From a virus: a stretch of DNA of 64,000 nucleotides. The translations under genes were made by a program, and so were the position numbers. The stretch lies in the IMG/VR virus record IMGVR_UViG_3300035181_001974. One strand, 5' to 3'. Below are positions 17,073 through 26,496 of this stretch, one piece after another; within the stretch, counting starts at the first letter, position 1, and the number at the start of each line of letters is the position of its first letter. A model generated the notes under the pieces. It made no database searches, was not told the origin of the DNA, and saw nothing but the letters and a program-made list of their open reading frames with translations.

Positions 17073-19862
17073 TCACAGCCATCGTAGCACCAGTTCAAGC
17101 TTGAGGACAAAACCCGCGCCGGCGGCGGGTGCCGCAGGGTTCCAGGCACCCGCCAGAACATCAAGGAACTCAACGCTGGGACCCTGATCCGCCAGCCACG
17201 CCGTCACTGACGGCAGCTCGACCTCAAAGAACCCAGGCGCGGTAATCGTGGTGTCGACGACGCTTGATCGATAGATAGTGGCGCCCGGTGAACCGACAGC
17301 ACCATTGGTGTCAATCAGTTTCACCGCTACGTTGCCGGGACCGCCCCCGCCGACGTTGTTGTCGGCCCACATGCAGCCTCGGAGATAAGCACGAATCTTG
17401 TCAGACCTGCCTCTGTCGGCATACACGGTCCGCGTCGCACCACCGCCCGGAAATGAATACCTCTTGGAGTGCCAGGCTGCCCTGATTGGGTGCCACAGGC
17501 GGCACGCGCCGATAGGAAGATACGTCAAAGCATTTACGCCATTGATCTCGCTGTAACCTGCCGTCAAGTTGAGGACATACTCGTTGGAAGTGCCGCCGCC
17601 AAATCGAACTGGCAGCGGTTGGTCCATCCACGAGATGCCCGAGATCGACAGGGACGGTTCGGGTGACGTCACCTCGAGGTCAATCGTGGCAAATGTCCCT
17701 GATTGACCGTGGCTGACGATTGCAGTCCCGGGCGACACTGGGACGATTGCGCCCGTCGTGGTACCAAGCCCGGGTTGACTGACGATCGTGCAGCTGTCAG
17801 GATCGATCATGTATGTGTTGCCCTGGTACCAATTTTCGCTGTACAAGGGGTTGACCGCCGAGTTGACCCAAAGGTATTGACCATCGAACGCGAGACGTAG
17901 GTACTGCCTGGCCCCTGAAACGTTATTGTAACCAGCATTCTTAAAATCAATGAAGCTGCCCCCCGCGGGCGTCGATGTGACCTTGCCGACAATGCAGCCA
18001 GCTCGAGGATCAACCTTCCACACAGTTCCCTGGGGCGCTGAGGGTCCTTCGATTTTGGGAGCTGACAGGGCATCCAGGACCCAGACGTGCTTGCCGTCGA
18101 AGACCAAATCTATGATATTGGGAAATTTAATGGTGACGACTGGGCTTGGGACCAGCTCATTGGTCCAACTGCTGATCCTGTACTTCTCTAGCCTGCATGT
18201 CGTTGCGTTTTCAATGTGTCTCTGCGCGACGGCGACCCACAGGTAGCCTTCGTTGTCGACGCAACCGCACAACGGCGTGTCAAATTGGCGACCCGTGAAG
18301 TCCAGCAGCACTGTTCCAGGGGAGTTCTTGTTGCCATCAAAGCCCAAGATCGACTTTAGAACGGGCGCAAACAGGAAGATCTGCCCCATCTTGTCCTTTG
18401 AACTCTGACCGATAGGCGAGTAGCACAAACGTGCGTCTTGGAACGTACCGGCGACTACCGAGTACTTGTACGTGTAGTTGTATGAAGGAACTGGCCAGAT
18501 ACTGTCGCTGCCCAGGCTCAACAAGAAGAATGCGTTGGCATGGACGACCGCTAGCTGCTGGCCATTGAACCAATTCTTGAGTGCCAGGATGTCTGACGCA
18601 TTTCTTGCACTGATTGACGACGGCCCTGGTCCATCATTCTTCGTGCCTGCCAACGTGAGCCAATCGGTGAAGCGACCCGTGAACTGATTGAACGACAATA
18701 GTTCGCCTTCACCTTCACCTTCACCCGTTCCTGCAGTGAAGAAGAGCTCCTCATCCAACAAGGCTGCGCAAGAAAAAGCCTTTTCGTAGTTGGCGGTGTC
18801 GGTGAGTGTCGGGTGGTCCTGGTCCGTGCCATCCCAATAACCGATCGTCATTGATCCGCTGATGTACGAGCGATTGCTGTGCCGATAGTCGAATGAATCA
18901 TCTGCGTAGCGGCCACCAGATACGCCGCCTCGTGAGAACAACGTCGCCTTCTTGCCAGCTCCTGAATCACCCGGGGCGTATCTCGTGCTGCTGATCTCGT
19001 TGCCTCCACCGATCACGTGCCAGGCACCGCCCCAAGCAACGAACGTGACCTCGTCACCTTGTGCCTTGAGGACGTACGAAGAAGGATACTCGTTCTCGAG
19101 TGTATCTGGATCATTATCAGACACGTAGCCCGAGCCTGAGATGACATCGATCTGCGTGCCTCGTTGAGCATCCTTTAGAGGCAATGGCGTATAGATGTGC
19201 ACTGAGTTGGGACTCGGATCGATTTTCTTGTAGCGCAACATCGACCCAGAAGACCAACTCGTTATGGGCAAATTGTCAGTCTTTGAAAGCTGCCCAGTGT
19301 CGCTGAGGCTCGGCAGCGCAATGAACGCAGGGCTGTTGCCATCTGGATCGATGCTAAGCTGCTGCGCGCCGCTGGCATCGATCAGGTTGATCAGCGCTGT
19401 GGCGGCGCTTGGCAATTTGCCATACGCGTCTTGATTGATCTTATCGTCAAGGAAATACTGCAGATCGTTCGTGCGCCAACCTGGAGAAATTTCGCCCGCT
19501 GCGTACTTGGCCAACTTGGTGTTGAAGCGCAGACCTCCCGCGGGACCAGCGTTGTTACTTGACCATTCATTGCAGTTAGAGTTAAGGATGCTGAGGCTGC
19601 CTGAGATGACCACGTCGCCCGCAAACACCTGCGTGTTTCTGCCGACTTGATTCACTTCGTCAACGTCATTGCCACCATCGACCCATAGTGCCACGTCCCA
19701 ACCAACCGTGGGTCGTTGAGTGCTGTAAGGTGGGTTATGCGCGCCGATGTCACCCGGTCCTTTGTAGACGCTGAGCGGTCCCAGGTAACCCACGCTTCCC
19801 GACAGTGTCGTCAGACGGTAGAACCAACCGGGGCGTTGTGTTGGACGTGCGTACGTTTTCAT
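17073..19862 (-). CDS. large virion/receptor-binding-like protein with beta-propeller-type repeats
   Basis: 929-aa uninterrupted ORF; recurring YLWV / HVWVLD / YLWVNSA repeat signatures, GEGEGEGE linker. Confidence 0.5.
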   Translation of the reverse strand: MKTYARPTQRPGWFYRLTTLSGSVGYLGPLSVYKGPGDIGAHNPPYSTQRPTVGWDVALWVDGGNDVDEVNQVGRNTQVFAGDVVISGSLSILNSNCNEWSSNNAGPAGGLRFNTKLAKYAAGEISPGWRTNDLQYFLDDKINQDAYGKLPSAATALINLIDASGAQQLSIDPDGNSPAFIALPSLSDTGQLSKTDNLPITSWSSGSMLRYKKIDPSPNSVHIYTPLPLKDAQRGTQIDVISGSGYVSDNDPDTLENEYPSSYVLKAQGDEVTFVAWGGAWHVIGGGNEISSTRYAPGDSGAGKKATLFSRGGVSGGRYADDSFDYRHSNRSYISGSMTIGYWDGTDQDHPTLTDTANYEKAFSCAALLDEELFFTAGTGEGEGEGELLSFNQFTGRFTDWLTLAGTKNDGPGPSSISARNASDILALKNWFNGQQLAVVHANAFFLLSLGSDSIWPVPSYNYTYKYSVVAGTFQDARLCYSPIGQSSKDKMGQIFLFAPVLKSILGFDGNKNSPGTVLLDFTGRQFDTPLCGCVDNEGYLWVAVAQRHIENATTCRLEKYRISSWTNELVPSPVVTIKFPNIIDLVFDGKHVWVLDALSAPKIEGPSAPQGTVWKVDPRAGCIVGKVTSTPAGGSFIDFKNAGYNNVSGARQYLRLAFDGQYLWVNSAVNPLYSENWYQGNTYMIDPDSCTIVSQPGLGTTTGAIVPVSPGTAIVSHGQSGTFATIDLEVTSPEPSLSISGISWMDQPLPVRFGGGTSNEYVLNLTAGYSEINGVNALTYLPIGACRLWHPIRAAWHSKRYSFPGGGATRTVYADRGRSDKIRAYLRGCMWADNNVGGGGPGNVAVKLIDTNGAVGSPGATIYRSSVVDTTITAPGFFEVELPSVTAWLADQGPSVEFLDVLAGAWNPAAPAAGAGFVLKLELVLRWL

Positions 19863-19909
19863 TGTCTAGTTTTCTCTCACAGGATCTGTCTTGACTTTGC
19901 GCTCAAAAT

Positions 19910-22105
19910 TCACCAAGGTCCGGGTATCTGCTTCGGCATTGGCATTGGACCTTTGCCATTGGGAGACGCAGCCCAAGCACCCGAGCCCGTCAACACCGTC
20001 CACGGCAAGATGCCTGGCACGATTCTAGTGCCAGTCAGTGTGTCGACGATGGGCGTGTCATACCACTGGCGCTCTTGCGGCATAGACCCTTCGGTGATGT
20101 AATCCAAGATGATGCTGCCGGTAGGGGGCGGTGCAGGAGAGTAACTTGGTGTCGAGTACGGCGTGTAGATGGTCGAATTTTGGTTACGAAGTTCAAAGAC
20201 TGACTTGGGATATCCCAAACGATCAATTCTCGTAAACCACGGGTTCAACGTGTAAATACCATTGTTGGCACCATCCATGACTGTGTCGCCATCGATCAAT
20301 GATCCCACGTCGACTATGGAATCACCGTCCATTGAGAAGACACACCCAGTCACAGCGGCAGGACAACCAGCATCGTCTGGATGACCTGAGGTATCTGTCT
20401 TGTGCCAAGCTGAGGGCCGCGGCATGCCGGCGTCAGCCTTGGCACCCAGGCTGAGTTTAGAACGTTCCATCGAGAAGTTGACGTTGAACAGCGAGCTATC
20501 GTCGACCTCCAACAGTGAGTCCTTCATGTAGACGTTGTTGGGCAGAGGAATGCCTTCCAGTTTTGGCATGAATTGACCCTGATCAGTGCCCGTGATGCCA
20601 GAGAGGCTGAATCCGACCCTTGCGTCTTGGAAGATGACGATGGGCGACTTGTCACTGCAATAGAACCAGCCTTTGCCCATGGGTGGACCAGGGTTGGCTC
20701 CAAAGCCTTCTGGGTAATTTTCGGTGTATGGCACAGCCGTCAACAACGATGCGTTGAACGTGATGGGTCCACCTTGGATGATAAGCTTGCCCAGGGTATT
20801 GAAAACATTACACTTAGTGAAGATCAGCCTTGAGGCCTCGTCACCCGTCACAGTCATGTCTGGTGCGATCTTATTGTTGAAGAACTCGAGTTCTCCAGCT
20901 ATTCCCACATCAAGCGAGTGGAAGACGCAGGTGCCAGCGCCTTCGACAGAGACCTCACTCGTGTTGATCTTTGCGAAGTCAACGTTGTAAACCTTAAGTT
21001 GAGTGCCAGTGCCCCAGTCAGTTGGCCACATGGGTGCGTATGGGCCAGCATAGGGTCCACCCGCGCCCGGCTGCGCATCGGGCCACATGTGTAGACCAGC
21101 TCGGGCATACTGTGAGTTGGTGTCACCTTCCCGCGGAAAAGGCGTGATCATGTACTTGAACGACGTGGCGCTGGCATACGTGTTATCGTAGACCTCTTCC
21201 ATGAACCAACCGAAGAACATTGGCTGCGAACCCTCAAATTTGGGTTCCACAAAGATGCACTGCGGCTTTTTGAATGGAGGTTCGATGTTGTAGGCATCGT
21301 ACGACGACGAGATCATCGGAATCATCAAGATCGATCCTCCATCACCACGTGCCTGGTAACCGTACGCAATGCTTCCGGTGGCTCCGTAGTCGGCATAGCC
21401 GATCTGTGAGATGTACACGTGGCGTCCGTACTGCCACGGATCGAGCGCAGTGATTCCGTAACCGGGCCCTCCACCACCGTAGGTGCGGTAGCCTTCGAAC
21501 TTGATGCTGCCGGACGCAAACTTGACGTTGACGCCAAGTTTTGCCTGAACCGACGATGTGACCTGTGACGTGACGTTGACAACGTAGTCGCCTTCAAGGC
21601 CATCTGGGCGGCTAAGCAAGCGTAGCGTCAATTCGTCGATGGTACGCAGCGCTGTCTCGGGCGTCTTGCCGTCGTTCTCATCGTAGCCGTAGTCGGCATT
21701 GACCCACCAAGTCTGCTGTGCAGACCATTCGCGGCTCAACCTCAATCGTAGCCAGTACATCAAGGGATACGGTGCGATGGTCCCGTTGGCAGGCACCGCG
21801 TCGGTGTGCGTACCTGAATACGGAAACATAGTGGGCTGCGTTGTTGGATCAAGGAACGATGAAAAAGGCAGCAGCGAGAAGTAATCGCCGACTGACTTGA
21901 CGTAAGCGATCATGCCGCGGGAGGCGCAGCCGGTCGCCGCGGCCGCTGCAACGTCGAATGCCGCCAACTCTGCGATGTTGTTGAAGGTTTGCAATTTAGA
22001 CCCCGGGCATCCTGTCACGGCCGCGGCTACCATGGCCTCGACCACGGGAGGAGACCGGTAGAACGAGTACGTCTTTCGTGATCGAGTCTTGTCTCTGATG
22101 GTCAT
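19910..22105 (-). CDS. large virion protein, tail-spike / beta-helix-like
   Basis: 731-aa ORF, Gly/Asn/Thr-rich with repetitive short-strand character. Confidence 0.45.
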   Translation of the reverse strand: MTIRDKTRSRKTYSFYRSPPVVEAMVAAAVTGCPGSKLQTFNNIAELAAFDVAAAAATGCASRGMIAYVKSVGDYFSLLPFSSFLDPTTQPTMFPYSGTHTDAVPANGTIAPYPLMYWLRLRLSREWSAQQTWWVNADYGYDENDGKTPETALRTIDELTLRLLSRPDGLEGDYVVNVTSQVTSSVQAKLGVNVKFASGSIKFEGYRTYGGGGPGYGITALDPWQYGRHVYISQIGYADYGATGSIAYGYQARGDGGSILMIPMISSSYDAYNIEPPFKKPQCIFVEPKFEGSQPMFFGWFMEEVYDNTYASATSFKYMITPFPREGDTNSQYARAGLHMWPDAQPGAGGPYAGPYAPMWPTDWGTGTQLKVYNVDFAKINTSEVSVEGAGTCVFHSLDVGIAGELEFFNNKIAPDMTVTGDEASRLIFTKCNVFNTLGKLIIQGGPITFNASLLTAVPYTENYPEGFGANPGPPMGKGWFYCSDKSPIVIFQDARVGFSLSGITGTDQGQFMPKLEGIPLPNNVYMKDSLLEVDDSSLFNVNFSMERSKLSLGAKADAGMPRPSAWHKTDTSGHPDDAGCPAAVTGCVFSMDGDSIVDVGSLIDGDTVMDGANNGIYTLNPWFTRIDRLGYPKSVFELRNQNSTIYTPYSTPSYSPAPPPTGSIILDYITEGSMPQERQWYDTPIVDTLTGTRIVPGILPWTVLTGSGAWAASPNGKGPMPMPKQIPGPW

Positions 22106-22125
22106 ATGCCTGCGCCGTCATTGCG

Positions 22126-22548
22126 GTGACTGCAGATACGTATCTGTCGACGTTCGGAATGGTACCCGGCACGCGCAATCGGGTGTTATATGATGAAACA
22201 CACAGGACGCACGACATGATTGATTTGAGCGGGTTCGACCTAGACGTTGTTTCGAGCATTGTCGATGCTCACGAGGAGGCAATCGATTGGCCCATCGGGG
22301 ATTACCGCGTTGAAGCTCACGAGTTATACCAGTCACTGTTCACCTCGGCAGTCTGGCATGTCGTTGTCAAGATCAATGGCAAGGAGGTCGACATGTCCGA
22401 AGAGTCCACGTGGCCTCATGGTGAGTCGTTCATCAAGCTCTGGATGGAGCAACTGATCAGGCAGCGCTGTGATGACTGGCTACGGTGGGTGGGCGTTGAC
22501 GTTGAAAACGAGTATGAACGTTGGGCCAGCGCCGGAGACGACCTGTGA
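22126..22548 (+). CDS. hypothetical protein (true start possibly ATG near 22216)
   Basis: 140-aa ORF. Confidence 0.35.
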   Translation: MTADTYLSTFGMVPGTRNRVLYDETHRTHDMIDLSGFDLDVVSSIVDAHEEAIDWPIGDYRVEAHELYQSLFTSAVWHVVVKINGKEVDMSEESTWPHGESFIKLWMEQLIRQRCDDWLRWVGVDVENEYERWASAGDDL

Positions 22549-22763
22549 CGTACGCTCATTGGTCCGTCGATGCCTTGCGCGGTTACCTCGTCATGGCTGA
22601 TGCCCTCCTATCGGGCACCACGTCGCCGGAGCTTCGCGCAAGCTATGCGACAAAGATCCACGATGTCAAAGCTGAACTCGGTAAGAGGTCTGACTCCGCG
22701 CTGGACCACCGAAGCCTCGCCTATCCCGCTGAGTCGGCCATGAGTGGGTCAGCTGGCAGCTAG
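22521..22763 (+). CDS. hypothetical protein (ends TAG)
   Basis: 80-aa ORF. Confidence 0.3.
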   Translation: MGQRRRRPVTYAHWSVDALRGYLVMADALLSGTTSPELRASYATKIHDVKAELGKRSDSALDHRSLAYPAESAMSGSAGS

Positions 22764-22774
22764 TTAAAGCTGCC

Positions 22775-23548
22775 ATGACATCGCCCATCATCCCAGTTTC
22801 CGAGACGCCGATCACCGCCGCACAGTTCGTCAGCGAAGTGACGGGCATGGATCACATCACCCGTGACGCTCACGCCGTCGCAGCCTTGCTCGCGGGCAAC
22901 GTGCCTGCGCACATGCGATCATTTGTCGACGTGACGACGACGTTTCGCTCAGCCGACAACCAGACGCACACTCTGACGCTCCACGTGATGCCCGACGTGT
23001 TGTGCATCGGCACTAATGCTGACTACCTACGTACCTCGTTGTCTCCGCTCGCGGCGCAGCAGGTGTGCGATGCGTGGGATTGCATGCTACCGACGACTAG
23101 GATGTCTGACCTGATTTGGGCCGCAGCGGTCAACAAGCTGCAACCTCTCCCATGGGGCCCGCCTTATGATGCGTCAATGATGACAACTGAGCGTCTGGTC
23201 ATTCACAACCAGCGCATCAACAAGCAACTCGAGATGATGAAGCTCGATGCCACCAAGTTGACCGCGGGTCACAAGAAGGATGTCGTCATGACGCAGCGCT
23301 TGGAGCGTCAGACGAAGCAGGTCGCCATCTATGGTTGGCAGCAGCTCAATGGGCGGCCGATCCAGCCTCTGTACCTAGGCCATGAGAACACGTACGCCGA
23401 CTACAGCCACGGTCTGAGGCTGGTGAGCCTAGACTGCGAGCTGGATGGGACGACGATGCGGTTGCCCGTGATCCTCGCCGACGCTAATCTTTCGCTTGGG
23501 ATTTCGTCTGAGGGCGCGCAGACCGTCTACCGCCAGCCTCCCGCATAA
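22775..23548 (+). CDS. hypothetical protein
   Basis: 257-aa ORF. Confidence 0.45.
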   Translation: MTSPIIPVSETPITAAQFVSEVTGMDHITRDAHAVAALLAGNVPAHMRSFVDVTTTFRSADNQTHTLTLHVMPDVLCIGTNADYLRTSLSPLAAQQVCDAWDCMLPTTRMSDLIWAAAVNKLQPLPWGPPYDASMMTTERLVIHNQRINKQLEMMKLDATKLTAGHKKDVVMTQRLERQTKQVAIYGWQQLNGRPIQPLYLGHENTYADYSHGLRLVSLDCELDGTTMRLPVILADANLSLGISSEGAQTVYRQPPA

Positions 23549-23645
23549 GTTCGCAGAGAGCCCATCGAAAAAAGTGAAAAAAGCAGTGTACGAGACCCAA
23601 GGAGCATGATACTGTATGTTCACGATGGTTGCAAGGCCATCAAAT

Positions 23646-23718
23646 GGCCCTATCTTCTAACGGCTCAGGATGCTAGCCTCTCACGCTGGCGACCCGGGTT
23701 CGAATCCCGTTAGGGTCA
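23646..23718 (+). tRNA. tRNA-Glu(CTC)
   Basis: acceptor GGCCCTA/TAGGGTC, Glu-type D-arm TCTTCTAACGGCTCAGGA, anticodon stem CTAGC/GCTGG, loop CTCTCAC, T-arm CGGGTTCGAATCCCG. Confidence 0.45.
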
Positions 23719-23929
23719 CCGAGTCACTACAACTCACTCCTAACCGAAAACGAGATTTACAATGTCACGCGGAACCACAACGACGATGATGAGCATGGAA
23801 GGCGAAAGCCTCTGTTGCCTCTTGTCTGTGACCACGTTGTCGTTGCCGTTTCGGTCGCCGCACCCCCATAGGGGTTGAAAGTGGCGCAGCCGGGCAGAGA
23901 CAACCGGCAGACAGACAGAAGAAACTCAT

Positions 23930-24003
23930 CGGGGTGTAGCACAACCTGGTAGTGCGCGTGCTTTGGGTGCACGATGTTGTCGGTTCAAATCCGACCTCCC
24001 CGA
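23930..24003 (+). tRNA. tRNA-Pro(TGG)
   Basis: C1-G72 acceptor CGGGGTG/CTCCCCG, D GCAC AACCTGGTA GTGC, anticodon stem CGTGC/GCACG, loop TTTGGGT, T-arm GTCGGTTCAAATCCGAC, CCA encoded. Confidence 0.55.
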
Positions 24004-24061
24004 CCAGGAAACAGACCGCAAGGTCCGTTCTTCCTTGTTCTCTGACAACCTGCGTTCCAAT

Positions 24062-24156
24062 GGACCCGTGGTGTAACGGGCATACACGGTGTTGCTGTTC
24101 CTCCATGTCAGGAGGTTACGGGCACCCGACAGGGCGGTTCGATCCCGCCGGGTCCA
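24062..24156 (+). tRNA. long (about 95 nt) class II-like tRNA, anticodon unresolved
   Basis: perfect acceptor GGACCCG/CGGGTCC, D GTGT/ACAC, variable-arm hairpin CGGGCACCCG, T-arm GGCGGTTCGATCCCGCC; 11 extra nt before a CCTCC/GGAGG stem with 6-nt loop ATGTCA. Confidence 0.35.
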
Positions 24157-24161
24157 CTAAT

Positions 24162-24234
24162 CGGCACTTAGCTCAGGGGCTAGATCGCTGCTCTCACACA
24201 GCAGAGGTCGTGGGTTCAGATCCCATCGTGCCGA
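24162..24234 (+). tRNA. tRNA-Val(CAC)
   Basis: TA GCTC AGGGGCTA GATC, anticodon stem CTGCT/AGCAG, loop CTCACAC, T-arm GTGGGTTCAGATCCCAT. Confidence 0.5.
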
Positions 24235-24551
24235 CCGTCGATCGTCTGATCGTCTCGTGGCTGAAGTTCATCCCTGCTCGGGGAAAGGCACTGGCACCGG
24301 GAACTGGTCAGGTCCGAGGCGCATGGAAGCGTAACGTCGTCCGACGTGGGATCAGGCAGTTCCCTATTCTCACGAGAGACAGTGCACCGACAATACCGGA
24401 TCAGAGCTGGGGTGCATGCAGGTAAATTCCTGCTGGGATGTTGAGGCGGTCTAGCTAACTGCTGAGTCCTATGACGGAACAACGCGACTGCTGCGAGGTA
24501 GGTGAGAGGGAGTGATGCCCTTCTCCTAGACGATCAGTCGATCGACGCTAT

Positions 24552-24623
24552 CAGGGTGTAAGTCAGAAGCAGACGGCCTCGTTCGGATCGAGGAGGACGG
24601 GAGTGCAAGTCTCCCCACCCTGA
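24552..24623 (+). tRNA. tRNA-Pro(CGG) with unusual T-loop TGCAAGT
   Basis: C1-G72 acceptor CAGGGTG/CACCCTG, 3-bp D-stem GTC/GAC, anticodon stem CCTCG/CGAGG, loop TTCGGAT, T-stem GGGAG/CTCCC, CCA encoded. Confidence 0.45.
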
Positions 24624-24636
24624 CCAAGTTTCACAT

Positions 24637-24712
24637 CGGAATGTAGCGTAGTTTGGTTTAGCGCACCCGTCTGGGGGACAGGGGGTCGCCGGTTCGAATC
24701 CGGCCATTCCGA
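24637..24712 (+). tRNA. tRNA-Pro(GGG)
   Basis: C1-G72 acceptor CGGAATG/CATTCCG, anticodon loop CTGGGGG, T-arm GCCGGTTCGAATCCGGC, CCA encoded. Confidence 0.45.
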
Positions 24713-24837
24713 CCAATCGCCACGTGGCGATGGCATACCTCTGAAACCGGATTCACCGGCGAGGGTAGTAAGACGGTCGGCACAGGGGTGATTCTCAGCG
24801 TCGAGTGAGAAACGTGGGGTGTACAAGCACCCCACAT

Positions 24838-24910
24838 GCTGGTGTAGCACAAAGGCAGATGCGCCTCTCTCGTAAGGAGGATCATGTGGGTTCGACTCCC
24901 ATCGCCAGCT
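24838..24910 (+). tRNA. tRNA-Thr(CGT)
   Basis: acceptor GCTGGTG/CGCCAGC, anticodon stem CCTCT/GGAGG, loop CTCGTAA, T-arm TGGGTTCGACTCCCA, CCA encoded. Confidence 0.55.
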
Positions 24911-24965
24911 CCACGTCGTGATGGCCAACTCGAAATCTCGCCGTGTTTCACGGTGCCATCAAATT

Positions 24966-25037
24966 CAGGATGTAAGTCAGCGGCAGACAACCTCGTCTGG
25001 AGCGAGGGAGCCGTGGGTTCGAGTCCCACCATCCTGA
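24966..25037 (+). tRNA. tRNA-Pro(TGG)-like second copy (loop TCTGGAG, C at 33)
   Basis: perfect C1-G72 acceptor CAGGATG/CATCCTG, D GTC/GAC, anticodon stem CCTCG/CGAGG, T-arm GTGGGTTCGAGTCCCAC. Confidence 0.4.
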
Positions 25038-25039
25038 CT

Positions 25040-25108
25040 GTGACCGCCCGATAACGGGTCATTTGACTGTGAATCAGACAAGTGCGGGTGCAACTCCCGT
25101 CGGTCACC
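25040..25108 (+). tRNA. tRNA-His(GTG)-like with compact D region and T-loop TGCAACT
   Basis: acceptor GTGACCG/CGGTCAC with discriminator C, anticodon stem TTTGA/TCAGA, loop CTGTGAA. Confidence 0.35.
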
Positions 25109-25187
25109 CATGCATGTGTCGTCTAATGCAAGACGCCGGAAAAAGCAAATCCGGAAATGTTGGGTTGGAACCAACGACACGTTCCAT

Positions 25188-25260
25188 CCCCGAGTAGCCG
25201 GGGTGGCTTTAGCGCCTGCCTGAAGAACAGGAGATGTCGGTTCGACTCCGACCTTGGGGA
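25188..25260 (+). tRNA. tRNA-Phe(GAA) (loop CTGAAGA)
   Basis: acceptor CCCCGAG/CTTGGGG, T-arm GTCGGTTCGACTCCGAC; preceded by conserved ACGTTCCA motif. Confidence 0.45.
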
Positions 25261-25275
25261 CCGGATTTCATGCAT

Positions 25276-25352
25276 CCACCCTTGGCGTAATGGTAGCGCA
25301 CTTGGTTGAAACCCAGGAGGCCTCGATTCAATCCTGAGAGGGAGAGGGTGGA
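25276..25352 (+). tRNA. tRNA-Phe(GAA) (canonical loop TTGAAAC), irregular T region
   Basis: perfect acceptor CCACCCT/AGGGTGG with CCA, D GCGT AATGGTA GCGC, anticodon stem CTTGG/CCAGG; 6 extra nt before the acceptor 3' strand. Confidence 0.4.
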
Positions 25353-25369
25353 CCACATACTTAGATCGT

Positions 25370-25756
25370 ATGAAGATCAGGTTGTCTGAGCTGCGGCAGA
25401 TCATCCGCAACGTTGTCAAGGAGTGCTACGGTTGGCCCGTCGAAAAGGAAGAACACCTCTACGGTGCACCTACCAAGATCGACGTGCAGAATCCGCGTGA
25501 TCCTAAGAACAGTTTGGTCAGTATGCCAAAGGGGCCCAACAGCCGCTCAGGAATGAATGAATCATTCCAGAAGATCTCACAGGCCGAACTCAAGGCTTGG
25601 AAGCAGGGCGACTACCGCGAAATCAATGAGGTGGACGGTTCGTTTGATCCTTGCGAGGGCTGTGGTGAAATGGTCCCGTCTAACCAGCTGCAGCAGGTCG
25701 AAGGCAAGTATATGTGCCAGGCCTGCTCGGGCGGAATGGATCAGTCCAGCTACTAA
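25370..25756 (+). CDS. hypothetical protein, member of a small paralogous family (N-terminus MKIRLSELRQIIRNVV)
   Basis: 128-aa ORF inside tRNA array; N-terminus similar to ORF 33660..34043; C-terminal CEGCGEM..CQAC Cys pairs. Confidence 0.45.
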   Translation: MKIRLSELRQIIRNVVKECYGWPVEKEEHLYGAPTKIDVQNPRDPKNSLVSMPKGPNSRSGMNESFQKISQAELKAWKQGDYREINEVDGSFDPCEGCGEMVPSNQLQQVEGKYMCQACSGGMDQSSY

Positions 25757-26036
25757 CAGTGCAAACCACTCGATCGGTGTGGTACAACCGATCTCATGTC
25801 GAGGTACGCCATTGGAGAGCGGCCTGTCTGCAAAACAGGTGTCTGCGAGCTCAACTCTCGCCCTCGACTCTAATCTCTTCGCGAGTAATCCAGATGCCTA
25901 CTGCGAGCAATCGTGTGTAGTGGTGGAATGGCAAACGCGATCGGCGTAAAAACCCGGCGACTCGGTCGACACTTGATGTCGAACTAGGGTTTGTGGGCTC
26001 GAGTCCCGGTGGGTGAAAGCTAGAGAAATGTTTTGC

Positions 26037-26107
26037 TGACATGGTGTAAGTGGCATCACGCTTCCTTGGTACGGAAGAATCCCGAGTTCGATTCTCGGTG
26101 TCAGCTC
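26037..26107 (+). tRNA. tRNA-Thr(GGT)
   Basis: perfect acceptor GCTGACA/TGTCAGC, anticodon stem CTTCC/GGAAG, loop TTGGTAC, T-arm CCGAGTTCGATTCTCGG. Confidence 0.55.
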
Positions 26108-26129
26108 CGATTGCTCAAGTAACCACACA

Positions 26130-26215
26130 GCACAGTGGTGGAATCGGCATACACGGCCGGCAGAAAACCGGCTCGCCTCGCGAGGGGTGGTGGGGGTTCA
26201 AGTCCCTCCTGTCGA
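26130..26215 (+). tRNA. class II-like tRNA, anticodon loop CAGAAAA (A at 33), unresolved
   Basis: anticodon stem GCCGG/CCGGC perfect, variable-arm hairpin CCTCGCGAGG, T-arm GGGGGTTCAAGTCCCTC; acceptor not resolved. Confidence 0.25.
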
Positions 26216-26236
26216 AGGTGAAAGATCGATCGCAAT

Positions 26237-26310
26237 GCGGCCGTGGCCCAGTGGTACGGCGTCTCCTTGCCATGGAGAATCTCACGGGTTCGATTCCTGT
26301 CGGCCGCTCA
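26237..26310 (+). tRNA. tRNA-Gly(GCC)
   Basis: perfect acceptor GCGGCCG/CGGCCGC, D GCC CAGTGGTAC GGC, anticodon stem TCTCC/GGAGA, loop TTGCCAT, T-arm ACGGGTTCGATTCCTGT. Confidence 0.6.
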
Positions 26311-26329
26311 GAGTTAGTAACTCTTGGGC

Positions 26330-26400
26330 GCTAACGCGTCTGACTTAGTGTAACGGTAGCACATTTGCCTAAAAAGCGAGTAGAACGGTTCGATTCCGTG
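26330..26400 (+). tRNA. tRNA-like gene, loop CTAAAAA, unresolved
   Basis: D-like TAGTGTAACGGTAGCAC, T-arm ACGGTTCGATTCCGT; acceptor pairing not found by eye. Confidence 0.2.
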
Positions 26401-26417
26401 CAAGTGAAAATTCATGC

Positions 26418-26489
26418 TGGTGTAGCATAATGGCGATGCAGCTGCCTTGTAAGCAGCAGACTGTCGGTTCGAGTCCGACCATCAGCTCC
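26418..26489 (+). tRNA. tRNA-Thr(TGT)
   Basis: acceptor GCTGGTG/CATCAGC, D GCAT AATGGCG ATGC, anticodon stem GCTGC/GCAGC, loop CTTGTAA, T-arm GTCGGTTCGAGTCCGAC, CCA encoded. Confidence 0.6.
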
Positions 26490-26496
26490 ATTGAAG

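Noticed and set aside
22761-22778. TAG read-through of ORF 22521..22763 to create an ATGA overlap with the next gene
   Set aside because: Read-through adds only five residues (QLKLP) and is not needed for a functional junction. An 11-nt gap with ordinary reinitiation is equally plausible, and there is no homology support.
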